In this document: piece after piece, positions 10,762 to 20,593 of the stretch
How positions within the stretch are numbered: position 1 is the first letter of the stretch
Layout of the letters: every line of letters begins with the position of its first letter
Origin: an uncultured Phycisphaerales bacterium
Lineage (GTDB): Bacteria; Planctomycetota; Phycisphaerae; Tepidisphaerales; Tepidisphaeraceae
Assembly: GCA_963844715.1 (NCBI GenBank)
Contig: CAWJPJ010000005.1
Span: 128,001-192,000, forward strand
Length of the DNA: 64,000 nt
Direction of reading: 5' to 3'
Notes under the pieces: model-generated
The model's input: only the letters and a program-made list of their open reading frames with translations
Told to the model about the DNA's origin: nothing
Database searches by the model: none
Made by a program: the position numbers and the translations under genes

Positions 10762-12107
10762 TCAACCCCTCCTCCCGCGCCGCCGCCCCAGCCCCACCAA
10801 TCCCACCAGCCCCAGCACCACCGCGCTCCCCGGCTCCGGCACCGCCGTCGGAGCAAACGCAACCCCTTTAAAATTCTCGGATCCATCTCCGTTGGCCGTC
10901 TCAATTTCGTCAAACGACTCCCCACCCGGCAGCGTTGTCGCGGATAGCGAATCCGTGATCGAGTAAAGCCCGTTCGGATTGTCATCCCCCAGCGTATAGG
11001 AGCACGCGAACAGATCCACGTTCCCTCCCACAACTTCCCCAGTGATCGCCTCAAACCCGCTCTCCCCGCTGCTCCCCTTCCCGGTCGGGACCCAATCCCC
11101 ACCCGTCGGCGTCAATGTGTAGTCCAAACTCCACGTCGACCCGCTCAGCGACCACTTCTGAATCCCCCCGTCCCCCGTATTGCCCGACTTCGGCGATCCC
11201 GTGTCCGCGACATACAGCGTAGTCGAATTAGCAAAGAAAAAGCCTTCCGGACTGAAGTCGATTTCGCTCGAACCCGATTTCCCGTTCGTCGCCGGCAAAA
11301 TCTGCGTCGGCGTCGCCGCCGATGAGGTCGGCAATCCGCTGTACTCAAAAATTCCCGTCTTCGACCCGCCCGTATCCTCGGAATAATACAGATTCCCGTT
11401 ATAGGCGGTCACAAACCGCGTATCATGACTCGTCGCGATTGGCGTAGGAGTATTCCCCGGCCCCGAACTGAGCAGAAAAGTCCCCTGATCCGCGGTGCTT
11501 TCCCCCTGACCCGCCGTATAGAACGAACTCCCCGTGGCCGAATACGCGGATCGCGCGTTGTTGAGATTGTAAAGATCGTTCACCTCGGTGCTCGAATTCA
11601 CCGTTTCATTCGCAGTCACCGAAACGAAAATCCTGCGCACATCGGTATCCGCCGATTGCGCCAGCGGAATCGTCGAATGCGAAAATCCATCCCCGACGTC
11701 ACCGCTCTTTCCATTATCCGAGGCCGTCGTAGACTGAATGCCCTTGGCCGCATCCGTCGCGCTATATCCCGCAAAGGTCAGATACTGTCCATTCCCGGAA
11801 AGCTGAATATTGCCCTCCGACGACGATCCATACTCTCCGTCGACTCCGAGGTTATTACTCGCTCCCACCCCATCCGTCGTCGGAAGCTGAAACGAAAGCA
11901 GCCGCGACCCGCCCAATGGAGAAAACTCAACCAAAGTTATCGGCGTGGGCGCCCCTGCGCAATGCTCGTCCCCGGCCCCCCATACGACAACACGACCAAA
12001 TCCCCAGGCGTAAACGAAGCCCCCCGCACTCCGCCCGCTGCCGCTGCAATCGCCAATGCCGCCGACGCCGTACCTACCCTAAGCCTTGCTCTCCAGCGCA
12101 TTCTCAT
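10762..12107 (-). CDS. Secreted PEP-CTERM protein; indel at ~11935
   Basis: N-terminal signal and ASFTPGDLVV in ORF 11937..12128; C-terminal VPEPGS + hydrophobic stretch + RRRGRRG. Confidence 0.85.
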
Positions 12108-12245
12108 CTCCTCACCACCCCGGACCAACGAACATACGCCGGGATTGTGAGTCCCAATACTTAGGCAAGATCAATAATGCGCTAACCCCCAATTAAGATA
12201 TGCCGCAACCCCCGCCCCGTCCGCCCCCGCGTGCTCGGCTCCCCC

Positions 12246-12878
12246 TCACCTCGCCATCGGATCCGCCAATGTCGCCAGTTCATCCTCCTTCGTAAACTTC
12301 AGCGACTCCGAATTCACGCAAAACCGCAGCCCCGTCGGCCTCGGCCCGTCGTCAAACACATGCCCCAGATGACAATCGCACCGTGCGCACAAGATCTCCA
12401 CCCGCGTCATCCCATAGCTGTTGTCCGCATGCTCCACCACATTCTCCTTCGCCACCGGCTGGAAAAAACTCGGCCACCCCGTCCCCGAATTGAATTTGCC
12501 CGAAGACGAAAACAGCGGCAGCCCGCAGCACACGCACGAATAAATCCCCTCCAAATGATTATCCAAAAGATTCCCGCAAAACGGCGGCTCCGTCCCCTTC
12601 GCCCGCGCTATCGCATAAGTCTCCGCCCCCAGCAACTTCTTCCACTCCGCATCCGTCTTGACGACTTTCGCCATCTCGATCGGCCCAACCAATTCGCCCT
12701 TGCTGTTAAATACTTTCACGCTGACCATACCAGGCTCCTCAGTATCAACAATCGCCCTCTCGCCCGACCCATCGCCCAAATCTCCCCGATGACAACTCGC
12801 GAGCAACCCGCCGACCAAACAAGCGCCGCTCCATTTCAGTATCGATCGCCGGGTCACAATCGCCCTCCAGGGTGGCAT
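12246..12878 (-). CDS. msrB: Peptide-methionine (R)-S-oxide reductase with Tat/lipoprotein signal
   Basis: GTEPPF, CVCC, GTGWPSF, CARCDCHLGHVFDDGP, RFCVNS; N-terminal TRRSILK...LASC. Confidence 0.95.
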   Translation of the reverse strand: MPPWRAIVTRRSILKWSGACLVGGLLASCHRGDLGDGSGERAIVDTEEPGMVSVKVFNSKGELVGPIEMAKVVKTDAEWKKLLGAETYAIARAKGTEPPFCGNLLDNHLEGIYSCVCCGLPLFSSSGKFNSGTGWPSFFQPVAKENVVEHADNSYGMTRVEILCARCDCHLGHVFDDGPRPTGLRFCVNSESLKFTKEDELATLADPMAR

Positions 12879-12915
12879 TCACACATTGTACGGGTGCAAA
12901 AGCCGTTTTGCTTGA

Positions 12916-13299
12916 TCAAATCCGCGCAAGCTGCGGCACGTGTTGAAAGTGCGGATTGCGCGAAAACAGTACAAGCTCGTGCTGGATTGCCAGCGCCGCG
13001 ATCCAGAGATCATTGGTGGGCACGGGAGTTCCCTTCCCGCGAAGCTGGAAATAGATCGCCGCGTAGTGATGGGTGGTGTCGCTGTCGGCGTATAACGCGC
13101 TCACCGTCGGCCGTTGAAGAATGCGAGTCAGCGTTGCCTCGTTTTCCCGCGCCCGAGCCCCGCAGGCAAATCCCGCCCGCAACTCCGCCAAGGCGACGAA
13201 CGGAATAAAAATCCGCGTTGCCCCCTGCATGGTTTGCACCACCGAGGGATCACCCCGCACAAAATCCGTGTACCGATTGGTGTCGAGCAGCAGGTTCAT
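12916..13299 (-). CDS. vapC: VapC PIN-domain toxin
   Basis: LLDTN, VALAELRAG, PTNDLWIAALA; ATGA overlap with the antitoxin. Confidence 0.9.
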   Translation of the reverse strand: MNLLLDTNRYTDFVRGDPSVVQTMQGATRIFIPFVALAELRAGFACGARARENEATLTRILQRPTVSALYADSDTTHHYAAIYFQLRGKGTPVPTNDLWIAALAIQHELVLFSRNPHFQHVPQLARI

Positions 13300-13538
13300 T
13301 TCCACAAATCCGGATCGATCTGCCGCTGATCGTTGATCGATTTCTCGAATTCAGGGTCTTCAATCCACGTCCCGATCGCGAAATCCAGATCGTGATTTTT
13401 TGCGATCTCCCCGTCGATTCCCGCTCCGCGTTTCAGCGCTTCGATGGCCACTTCGTTCAAGCTTCGCCCTTCTTTCCGCGCCTTCTGCCGAAGCGCCCTG
13501 TCCACCTCCCGCGGAATCTTTCGAAGCGTGTATTGCAT
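13296..13538 (-). CDS. FitA/VapB-like ribbon-helix-helix antitoxin
   Basis: MQYTLRKIPREVDRALRQKARKEGRSLNEVAIEAL; directly upstream of vapC. Confidence 0.85.
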   Translation of the reverse strand: MQYTLRKIPREVDRALRQKARKEGRSLNEVAIEALKRGAGIDGEIAKNHDLDFAIGTWIEDPEFEKSINDQRQIDPDLWK

Positions 13539-13573
13539 GCCTACACGGTAGGCTGACAGTGTAGGCATGTCAA
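13536..13573 (-). promoter_or_regulatory. sigma70 promoter with overlapping operator; leaderless vapBC mRNA
   Basis: TTGACA-17nt-TACCGT-6nt-ATG; 11-bp inverted repeat CATGCCTACAC/GTGTAGGCATG spans it. Confidence 0.8.
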
Positions 13574-13776
13574 TCCCCACAGCACAAAGCCATTCCAAGC
13601 CCCTTTCCACGAAATCCTCCACTCCATTTCCAGCGATTTCAGGGTTGCAGCGCCTCAAATCCGCGACCCCTTCAACGATCCCCTCTCGTCATCTCCAAAG
13701 GCGATCTAAACCACCCATCCACGAAGTCATAGAACCGCTGTGGCGGGAACGCGAACAAAACAAACAAAACCAATTA

Positions 13777-13892
13777 AACCGCGGATGTCACGGATAGGCG
13801 CGGATGAAAAAGCGGATTCTCCCTCCGTCTCGAAGTCCCTAAGTCTCCTCGCCTCTACCGAATTTGAATTTTCATCCGTGCCATCCGCGGTT
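13777..13892. repeat. Intergenic inverted-repeat element (CGGATG units)
   Basis: AACCGCGGATGTCACGGAT (13777-13795) versus ATCCGTGCCATCCGCGGTT (13874-13892), 18/19 complementary. Confidence 0.75.
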
Positions 13893-13954
13893 AAAATTTT
13901 CTTCGCTTTCGAAGTCCACCCTCCGCGGCAGGCTTCTTCGCGGTGAAAAAAACC

Positions 13955-16404
13955 TTACCGCCGCCGTCCCTTCGCCTGCGGCTGTGCGGTCAACGGATCC
14001 TCCGGCCAGGAGTGCTTCGGATATCTCACCCGCAAATCCTTCCTCACCTGAAAATAAGTCGTCGACCAGAAACTTGTCAGATCATCCGTAATCTGCACCG
14101 GCCGAAAATTCGGCCCCAGCAGATGCAGCAGCAGCGGGGCTCTCCCTCCGGCTACCCGCGGCGTCTGCGTCCACCCGAAAATCTCCTGCAATCGAACCGC
14201 CAAAACCGGCGGCCCGTCGGCCGCATACGCAATCTCAATCCTGCTCCCGCTCGGCACCACAATCGCCTCGGGGGCTTCCCGATCCAGCATCCGATCCAGC
14301 GGATATTGCAGCCGCGCGAGCAGGGCATCGGCGAGCGAGGCGGTTTTCAAATCCTTCACACTCTTCACACCTTCGCACCTTTCACACAAAATATCGGCCA
14401 GTTCCTCCTGATCGAATTTCGGCCACGCCTGCTCCGGCATCCACCGCCGCAAAAACGCGACGCGATTCAAAACCGCCTTTGTCCGCTCATCGGACGCTAA
14501 AACTTCCGCCGCTCGCGGCCGAAGCGCCGCCGCCAAAACCTCTCCCGCCCTTTGCGGATCAACAGCCGAATCCCGCCGCTCGTCCATCGTCAAATCCAGA
14601 TACCGCGTCACCCGCGTGCAAGTCACCATTTCCTTCTGTTCATCAAACGCATAGCGACGCTCGCGCACGATCGACTCGGGAAACATCTCCTCGAGCCACT
14701 CGGACCGAATCGCGCTGGCGATCCAGACGGTCGCCTCGCGCGTCGCACTGCGCGGATCGTGGCGAAGGTCCAGCGCCAGAAAGAATTCCGATTTGCGAAC
14801 CACCGATTCGCGCGATAATCGCACTCCGCCCCCGCCGACGATCGCCGCGGCGGTGGAATTTCCGGCGCGGCGGCGGCAAACGCGATCGGGATAGGCGCAC
14901 AGCGCCAGTTTCAGCAAAGTTTCCTCCGAGGCGCGTTTCGCGGGCGCGTCGGAAAGTTTTTGCGCAGGCGGCGCAACTCGTTTCTCGCTTGCGCGTTTGC
15001 CCAGGATGAATTGCTCGCCAGGCGAATCAGCAAATCGCTGTCGGCGTGCACGTCCGTCATCGGCGGCGGCAACGTTCTTTCCGATAAAAGCGCGGCTAAA
15101 TTCGCCCCTTGATCGGCGCAGCCGATTTCAGCGGCGGCGATCAGCAATCGTCCCACGCGCGGATGAACGGGCAATCGGATCAGTTTCTTTCCGATCGAGG
15201 TCAGTTTCCCTTCCCGCAAAGCGCCCAGAAGATTCAGCAATCGCTCCGCGCCGGCGAGCGATTCCTCGGGCGGAGCATCGAACCAATCGAATTTCCGCGG
15301 ATCGGGTTTTCCCCAAGCGTGTAAATCCAGAACCGCCGAGCATAAATCGACTCGTTTCACCTCCGGCAATTCAAACTCCTTCAAATCCGCCTGCTCTTTT
15401 TGCGACCAAAGTCTCACGCATCTGCCGGGCGCGGTTCGTCCGGCGCGGCCGGCACGCTGCGCGGCGGAGGCTTGGCTTATCTTTTTCAATTCCAATCGAT
15501 CTAATCCGCGGCGTGGATCAAACGCGGCCACACGCGCAAATCCGGAATCGATCACCACGGTTACGCCGTCGATGGTGAGCGAGGTTTCGGCGATGTTCGT
15601 GGCCAGAATCACCTTGCGGTTGTTCGCCGGGCGCAAGGCGGCCATTTGTTCTTCGGCGCTCAGCGAGCCATGTAATGGCAACACGCTCGCGTCCGCGCCG
15701 CTTAATAGTCGCGCGGTGCGGCGAATCTCTTCTGCGCCGGGGAGAAAAACGAGGATGTCGCCGTCAGGGGTTTGCAATTCTTCGGAGATCGCATCGGCGG
15801 TGCGCTCGATGAGCGGATGGCCGGCGCACGGGTGGTATTGGATATCAATCGGGAACAAGCGACCCGGCACGCGAACGATCGGGCAATTCCCCAGGAAACC
15901 CGCCGCTTTCTCGGCGTCCAGCGTCGCGGACATGATGACGATCCGCAAATCCTCGCGCACCGACTCGCGCATCTCCTTCAGCATCGCCACGGCCAAGTCG
16001 CTGTGCAGGGACCGCTCGTGAAACTCGTCCAGGATCACCATCCCAACGCCATCCAGAAACGGATCCGCCAAAAGCTGGCGAGTCAGAATCCCCTCGGTCA
16101 GTATCCGCAATCGCGTCCGTGGCGAAACCTTCTTCTCAAACCGAATGTGATACCCCACCTCCCGGCCAAGCACCCAATCGTTCTCCTCAGCGATCCGAGC
16201 AGCCGCCGCCCGAGCGGCGACCCGCCGGGGTTGAAGCATGACGATATTCGGCTGGGCCGGGGTCAGGATTCCGGCACGCATGACTGCCGGCGGAAGCCGG
16301 GTAGTCTTGCCGGCGCCGGGCTCGGCGACGAGAACCAGGGAGGGATTGCGGTGCAGCGTCTCGATGATGCTGGGGAGGCACGAGTCTATTGGAAGGAAGG
16401 TCAC
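13955..16404 (-). CDS. hrpB: ATP-dependent helicase HrpB; indel at ~14920-14960
   Basis: PGAGKTT, QPRRVAA, DEFHERS, MSAT, ATNIAETSLT, QRAGRAGR; C-terminal RYPKHSWPEDP. Confidence 0.93.
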
Positions 16405-16782
16405 GGGGGGCATTCTAGATGAGACACGGACTGACAGAGAGCTGGAGAGACGAAATGGGAGTGGCATGTGGGACCGGGATGCAAAAGTATGCGCAATCTA
16501 AATCTGGCTGACGCAATTAATGTGCCGTAAGGCTTTCGCGGATAATAGGTTATGGTTGTTGATGTGTTCGTTTCTGAAGTAGGCGCGCCTACCGGGCGTG
16601 GCGAGGCGTGGAGGCACTTAGGTACGAAGGATGGGGCGCGGCGTTGGGGTTTGAATCCGCAGTTCGAGAAGCCGTTTTTTTTTGATCAGCCGGAGGCCTC
16701 AAGCTTCCCATGCGAATTCGCAAAATGGGTGGCGAGCCCTCAGCTCCGCAGGGCGGGCTCTTTTGGAGTTCGATTTTACACC

Positions 16783-17352
16783 TCACAGCAAAGCCGCGAA
16801 CTCTCTGAATCGAGCTACAGTTTTCGGTAGTTGCTGGTTCGCGAGAATCGCGAGAAATTCTTCGACGGTTTTCGGCGGATTTTTGAGGCTTCGGCGCTGC
16901 CGCCGGGCGGCGGCGCAGACGGCGGGGGAATCCAAATCGAATAAGCGCGTTATGAATACGTCCGGGTGTTGGGGTTCGATTCCGCGCGGGTTGAGCACCT
17001 TCGCGGGGAAATCGTCCAGATTGTAGGTCACGATGACATCCGCGCGGGCGCGGATGGCGGCGGCCAATACGTGGCGATCGTTGGGATCGGGCAATTTCAA
17101 TTTGTCGATGAGGCCTTCGTATCCGGTGACGAGACAATCGAGTACATGGGCGTTCATCAGGCGGCGGGTTCGTTCAAGTTGGCGCCGCTTCAAGTCAGGG
17201 CGATTGATCGACAGGTTGCTTATCCATTCATCGTGAATCTGGTCGGTCCAGCGGGCTCGGAAAAGATCGGTCATGGCCAAGTGCATGAGCAAATCGCGGA
17301 GCGGAGCGGGGTAGAGGACGCAGGCGTCGTAAAGGGCCGTGAAACTTGGCAT
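16783..17352 (-). CDS. PIN-domain protein (PIN_3/VapC50-like toxin)
   Basis: ALYDACVLYPAPLRDLL, LPDPNDRHVLAAAI, VIVTYNLDDFP. Confidence 0.88.
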   Translation of the reverse strand: MPSFTALYDACVLYPAPLRDLLMHLAMTDLFRARWTDQIHDEWISNLSINRPDLKRRQLERTRRLMNAHVLDCLVTGYEGLIDKLKLPDPNDRHVLAAAIRARADVIVTYNLDDFPAKVLNPRGIEPQHPDVFITRLFDLDSPAVCAAARRQRRSLKNPPKTVEEFLAILANQQLPKTVARFREFAALL

Positions 17353-17357
17353 GCGGG

Positions 17358-17807
17358 CTAATAGCCCATGTTAAGTTCTTGCGCCTGGGCGGCCAAATCG
17401 TCGAGGGCTTTCAGGCGTCCTCGATCGGTCTTTTGGCGGTAGGCGAGCAGATCGCTGAAGAGGAGGCGGCGATGAGAGCCGATTTTGCGGGAGGGGATTT
17501 TGCCGGCATCGAGGAGCTTAACGAGAAATGGACGCGAGACGCCCAGGGCATCGGCAGCCTGCTGGGTGGTGAGCTCGGCGTGAGTGGGAAGGAGCGAGAC
17601 GGCATTGCCGGCGGCCATCTCGCAGAGCATTCGGACCAGCAGCCGGACCGCCGAGGCGGGAAGGGTGATGAGTTCGCATTTTTCCCCCGCGATTTGGATT
17701 TTCAGGTCGCGCCGAGCATCAGCGCGCAGACGGCGGCTCGATTCACTTGCCAATTGGGCTTCGGCCCTGGTGGGGGGGACGGGTTCTCGCAGGGTTGCCG
17801 TGGACAT
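17358..17807 (-). CDS. Excisionase-family HTH DNA-binding protein (antitoxin partner)
   Basis: ELTTQQAADALGVSRPFLVKLLDAGKIP...GSHRRL; AQELNMGY end. Confidence 0.88.
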   Translation of the reverse strand: MSTATLREPVPPTRAEAQLASESSRRLRADARRDLKIQIAGEKCELITLPASAVRLLVRMLCEMAAGNAVSLLPTHAELTTQQAADALGVSRPFLVKLLDAGKIPSRKIGSHRRLLFSDLLAYRQKTDRGRLKALDDLAAQAQELNMGY

Positions 17808-17845
17808 GGTTTGGCTCCGGTTTGTGTCCTCAAATATCATATCGG

Positions 17846-17890
17846 ACAAACGAAACAAACGCAACAGTCGAAATAATCGAAATCATGCAT
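17846..17890. promoter_or_regulatory. Array of five degenerate 9-bp direct repeats upstream of the HTH-PIN operon
   Basis: ACAAACGAA ACAAACGCA ACAGTCGAA ATAATCGAA ATCATGCAT. Confidence 0.6.
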
Positions 17891-18157
17891 ATCTTCGCGC
17901 CTGGGGGAGCGAATTAAATCTCCAGAAATCCACCGCGCTTGAGCCAGCAGCGGCCATTTAGGGAAGTGACCCCTTTTCGTCCGCCCTTTGCGCCGTGGCA
18001 GGCGGAGAGTTGGGGCCGAAATTCGCATGGCAGCGCGGTGGGCGTTCGTTGGAGCGCGTCGAAAGTCCTTCTCCAAGCGTTCGATTGGAGGGGTATGAGG
18101 GGTCTTTGGTCGACAATATACGCCGCGCGAGCGCGGCGGCCAACGGGGGGCTTCGCT

Positions 18158-19840
18158 TCACACCTCCAGCGAATGGATAATCGCCTCCAGCTTATGGAAG
18201 TCGATCGGCTTGGTCAGATGCTGACAGAACCCCGCATCCGTGCTTCGCGCGATGTCGTCTTCCATGCCGAAGCCGCTCAGGCAGATGCCTCTCAGGCCGT
18301 GCTGATCTCGGAGCAGGCGCATGAGTTCCAGGCCGTTGCCGTCGGGGAGGCCTACGTCGCTGATGACGAGGTCGAATTCTTCTTGCTTCGCGGCGGCAAG
18401 CGCGGATTTTACGCCGGGGGCTTCGCGGACTTTGTGGGTGCGGCCTAGCAATCGGACCAGACTTTGCCGCGTGTCCTCGTGATCCTCGACCAGCAAAATC
18501 CTCAGCGGTCTGGCGGTGTAATTGGCGGCGGGGGGTTGGGCCTCGTCACGCCGTCTTTGCGGGGTTGCGACGGCGGGGAGCGTCAGGATAAAGGTGGCGC
18601 CGCGATTGGGGCCTTCGCTTTGGGCGATGATGGTTCCGCCGTGCATTTCGGCGAGGCGTTTGCTGATCGCCAGGCCCAGGCCCAGGCCGCCGAATTGCTG
18701 GGTGATCGCCTGGCCCGCCTGCTCGAAAGGGGTGAAGATGCGGCCGATGACTTCGGGTTCGATGCCGATGCCGGTGTCGATGATGGTGATGCAGAGTTTG
18801 TCCGCATCGTTATGAGATCGAATGATGATTTGCCCGCCGGCGGGGGTGAATTTGACGGCGTTTCGAATCAGGTTCCAGAGGATCTGCTGGATGCGCACGG
18901 CGTCGCCATTCACGTACGATTCGGTCGCGCGAAGGGCCTGAATGACTTCGAGGCGCTTATTGGAAATGTCGCTGCGGCAAATCTCCAGAGCATCGGCGAT
19001 CACGGAATGCACATCCACCATGCTGTTGCGAAGCTCGATTTTCCCGCGCACGATGCGGGTCAGATCGAGCAGATCGTCAATCAGGCGGGCTTCCAACTCG
19101 ATATTCCGGCGCAGCAATTCCAGTTGCTCGCGCACGGCAGGGGGAAGGGATGGGTCGGCGGCGAGTGAATCAGCGGTCATCAGGACCGGAGTCAGCGGAG
19201 TGCGCAGCTCGTGCGACAACGCGGCCAGGAAATTATCCTTGGCCTCGCTGGCGGCTTCGGCGTCCTGGCGGGCTTTGACCAGGGCATCGTTTTGCAATTG
19301 CAGTTGCGTCTGAACATCGCGCAGGTTTTCCAGCGCGGAGGCGAGTTCGCGCTTCTCCTCCTGCTCGGTGAGATCGGTCACCACCACGCAAATGGTCTCG
19401 ACTTCATCCACCGGCAGGCGACAAAACGCCAGCTGAGCCGGCACGAGCGATCCATCCGCGGCCTCGAGCACGTAGCGGACTTTGGTCTGGGACGGCTCGC
19501 GCAGGATTTGCTCCATCTCGGGCTGGTCGGCGGCACGAATGAACGACTTGATCTGCGAGCCGATCACCTTCTCGAGACGCGAATGGACCATTTCCGCGAA
19601 GCGGCGGTTGCAATAGAGGATGGTCCCATCGGTCGCGATGGTGACCGCGCCTTCGAGCATCTGCTCGACAAAGACGCGATAGGGCTGCTCGGCTCCCTTG
19701 AGGCTGAAGACCTGGTCGCCATTCGGGCCGGAAACAACGAGGGAATCGACTTCGCCATTGCGGATGGCGCTGAGGGTTTCTTCGGCCTCGCGAAGGCGAG
19801 TGCGAAGGTCTTCCAATTCGACCGTGGTGTACTTAGCCAT
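18158..19840 (-). CDS. PAS-histidine kinase-receiver hybrid (kai-associated)
   Basis: AEETLSAIRNGEVD N-terminus, PAS, SHELRTPL, NAVKFT, DTGIGI, GLGLGL, C-terminal REC. Confidence 0.92.
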   Translation of the reverse strand: MAKYTTVELEDLRTRLREAEETLSAIRNGEVDSLVVSGPNGDQVFSLKGAEQPYRVFVEQMLEGAVTIATDGTILYCNRRFAEMVHSRLEKVIGSQIKSFIRAADQPEMEQILREPSQTKVRYVLEAADGSLVPAQLAFCRLPVDEVETICVVVTDLTEQEEKRELASALENLRDVQTQLQLQNDALVKARQDAEAASEAKDNFLAALSHELRTPLTPVLMTADSLAADPSLPPAVREQLELLRRNIELEARLIDDLLDLTRIVRGKIELRNSMVDVHSVIADALEICRSDISNKRLEVIQALRATESYVNGDAVRIQQILWNLIRNAVKFTPAGGQIIIRSHNDADKLCITIIDTGIGIEPEVIGRIFTPFEQAGQAITQQFGGLGLGLAISKRLAEMHGGTIIAQSEGPNRGATFILTLPAVATPQRRRDEAQPPAANYTARPLRILLVEDHEDTRQSLVRLLGRTHKVREAPGVKSALAAAKQEEFDLVISDVGLPDGNGLELMRLLRDQHGLRGICLSGFGMEDDIARSTDAGFCQHLTKPIDFHKLEAIIHSLEV

Positions 19841-19874
19841 AGAACTCTATCCCTGGGGCTCGCTGAGCCGGATG

Positions 19875-20213
19875 CTATTGCAAGTTTAAACCGAGGAGGA
19901 TTTTATCCGCATCGGACAAATCGCCGACGAATTTTCGCAATGGTTCGGGGAGCTTTTTGATCAGGGTCGGGGCCGCGATAATTTGCTCGCGGCTGGCCAA
20001 AAGGGGCTGCTGGGAGATGTCGATGACTTCCAGGTCGTACCGGCCGGGCAGATGTTTTTCGCAAAGATGGCGCAAGTTTTCGATGGCCCGGCCGGACATT
20101 GGCGTGTTTCCGGTGATATAGAGGCGGAGCATATCGCGCTCGGCATGTTCTGAAGCGAATGCGACGGCCCGCTCAAAATACTTCGAGCGGTCTACGTCGC
20201 TGTGCTTCTTCAT
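19875..20213 (-). CDS. kaiB: KaiB family protein (second copy)
   Basis: LRLYITGNTPMS..AIENLR..CE..LPGRYDLEVIDI.QQP...EQIIAAPTLIKKLPEPLRKFVGDLS. Confidence 0.9.
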   Translation of the reverse strand: MKKHSDVDRSKYFERAVAFASEHAERDMLRLYITGNTPMSGRAIENLRHLCEKHLPGRYDLEVIDISQQPLLASREQIIAAPTLIKKLPEPLRKFVGDLSDADKILLGLNLQ

Positions 20214-20254
20214 TGAATCCGCCTGATGCCCTGGTGGGCCGCTTGATGATTTCC

Positions 20255-20593
20255 TTAATCGATGACCCGAATGTCCATGCCGACAAGGAACTTTTCCTTG
20301 TTCGAGAGATTCCCGATGATGCGCTTTAACGGAGGAGGCAATCGGCGCACCAGCGTTGGCAATGCGAAAATCTGGTCCGCCTTGGCCAGCTCCGGGTTCT
20401 GGACGAGATCGATAACCTCGATTTTGTAGCGCCCGGGCATAAATTCCTCGCACAGCCGCTTGAGATTGGCGAAAGCGGCAAACGATTTGGTGGTTTGACC
20501 CGCGACATATAGGTGCAGGCTGTACGACCGATTGTCGCTGTCGGGGGCACCGTGTTTCGGGTGGCCGTCCCCCTTGCGCGGTTGAGTTTGCAC
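20255..20593 (-). CDS. kaiB: KaiB family protein
   Basis: [22 protein letters not shown]...[42 protein letters not shown]. Confidence 0.92.
   Translation of the reverse strand: MQTQPRKGDGHPKHGAPDSDNRSYSLHLYVAGQTTKSFAAFANLKRLCEEFMPGRYKIEVIDLVQNPELAKADQIFALPTLVRRLPPPLKRIIGNLSNKEKFLVGMDIRVID

Noticed and set aside
1..17807. Three TA modules as a defence island
   Set aside because: They are scattered among core genes with no other defence genes.
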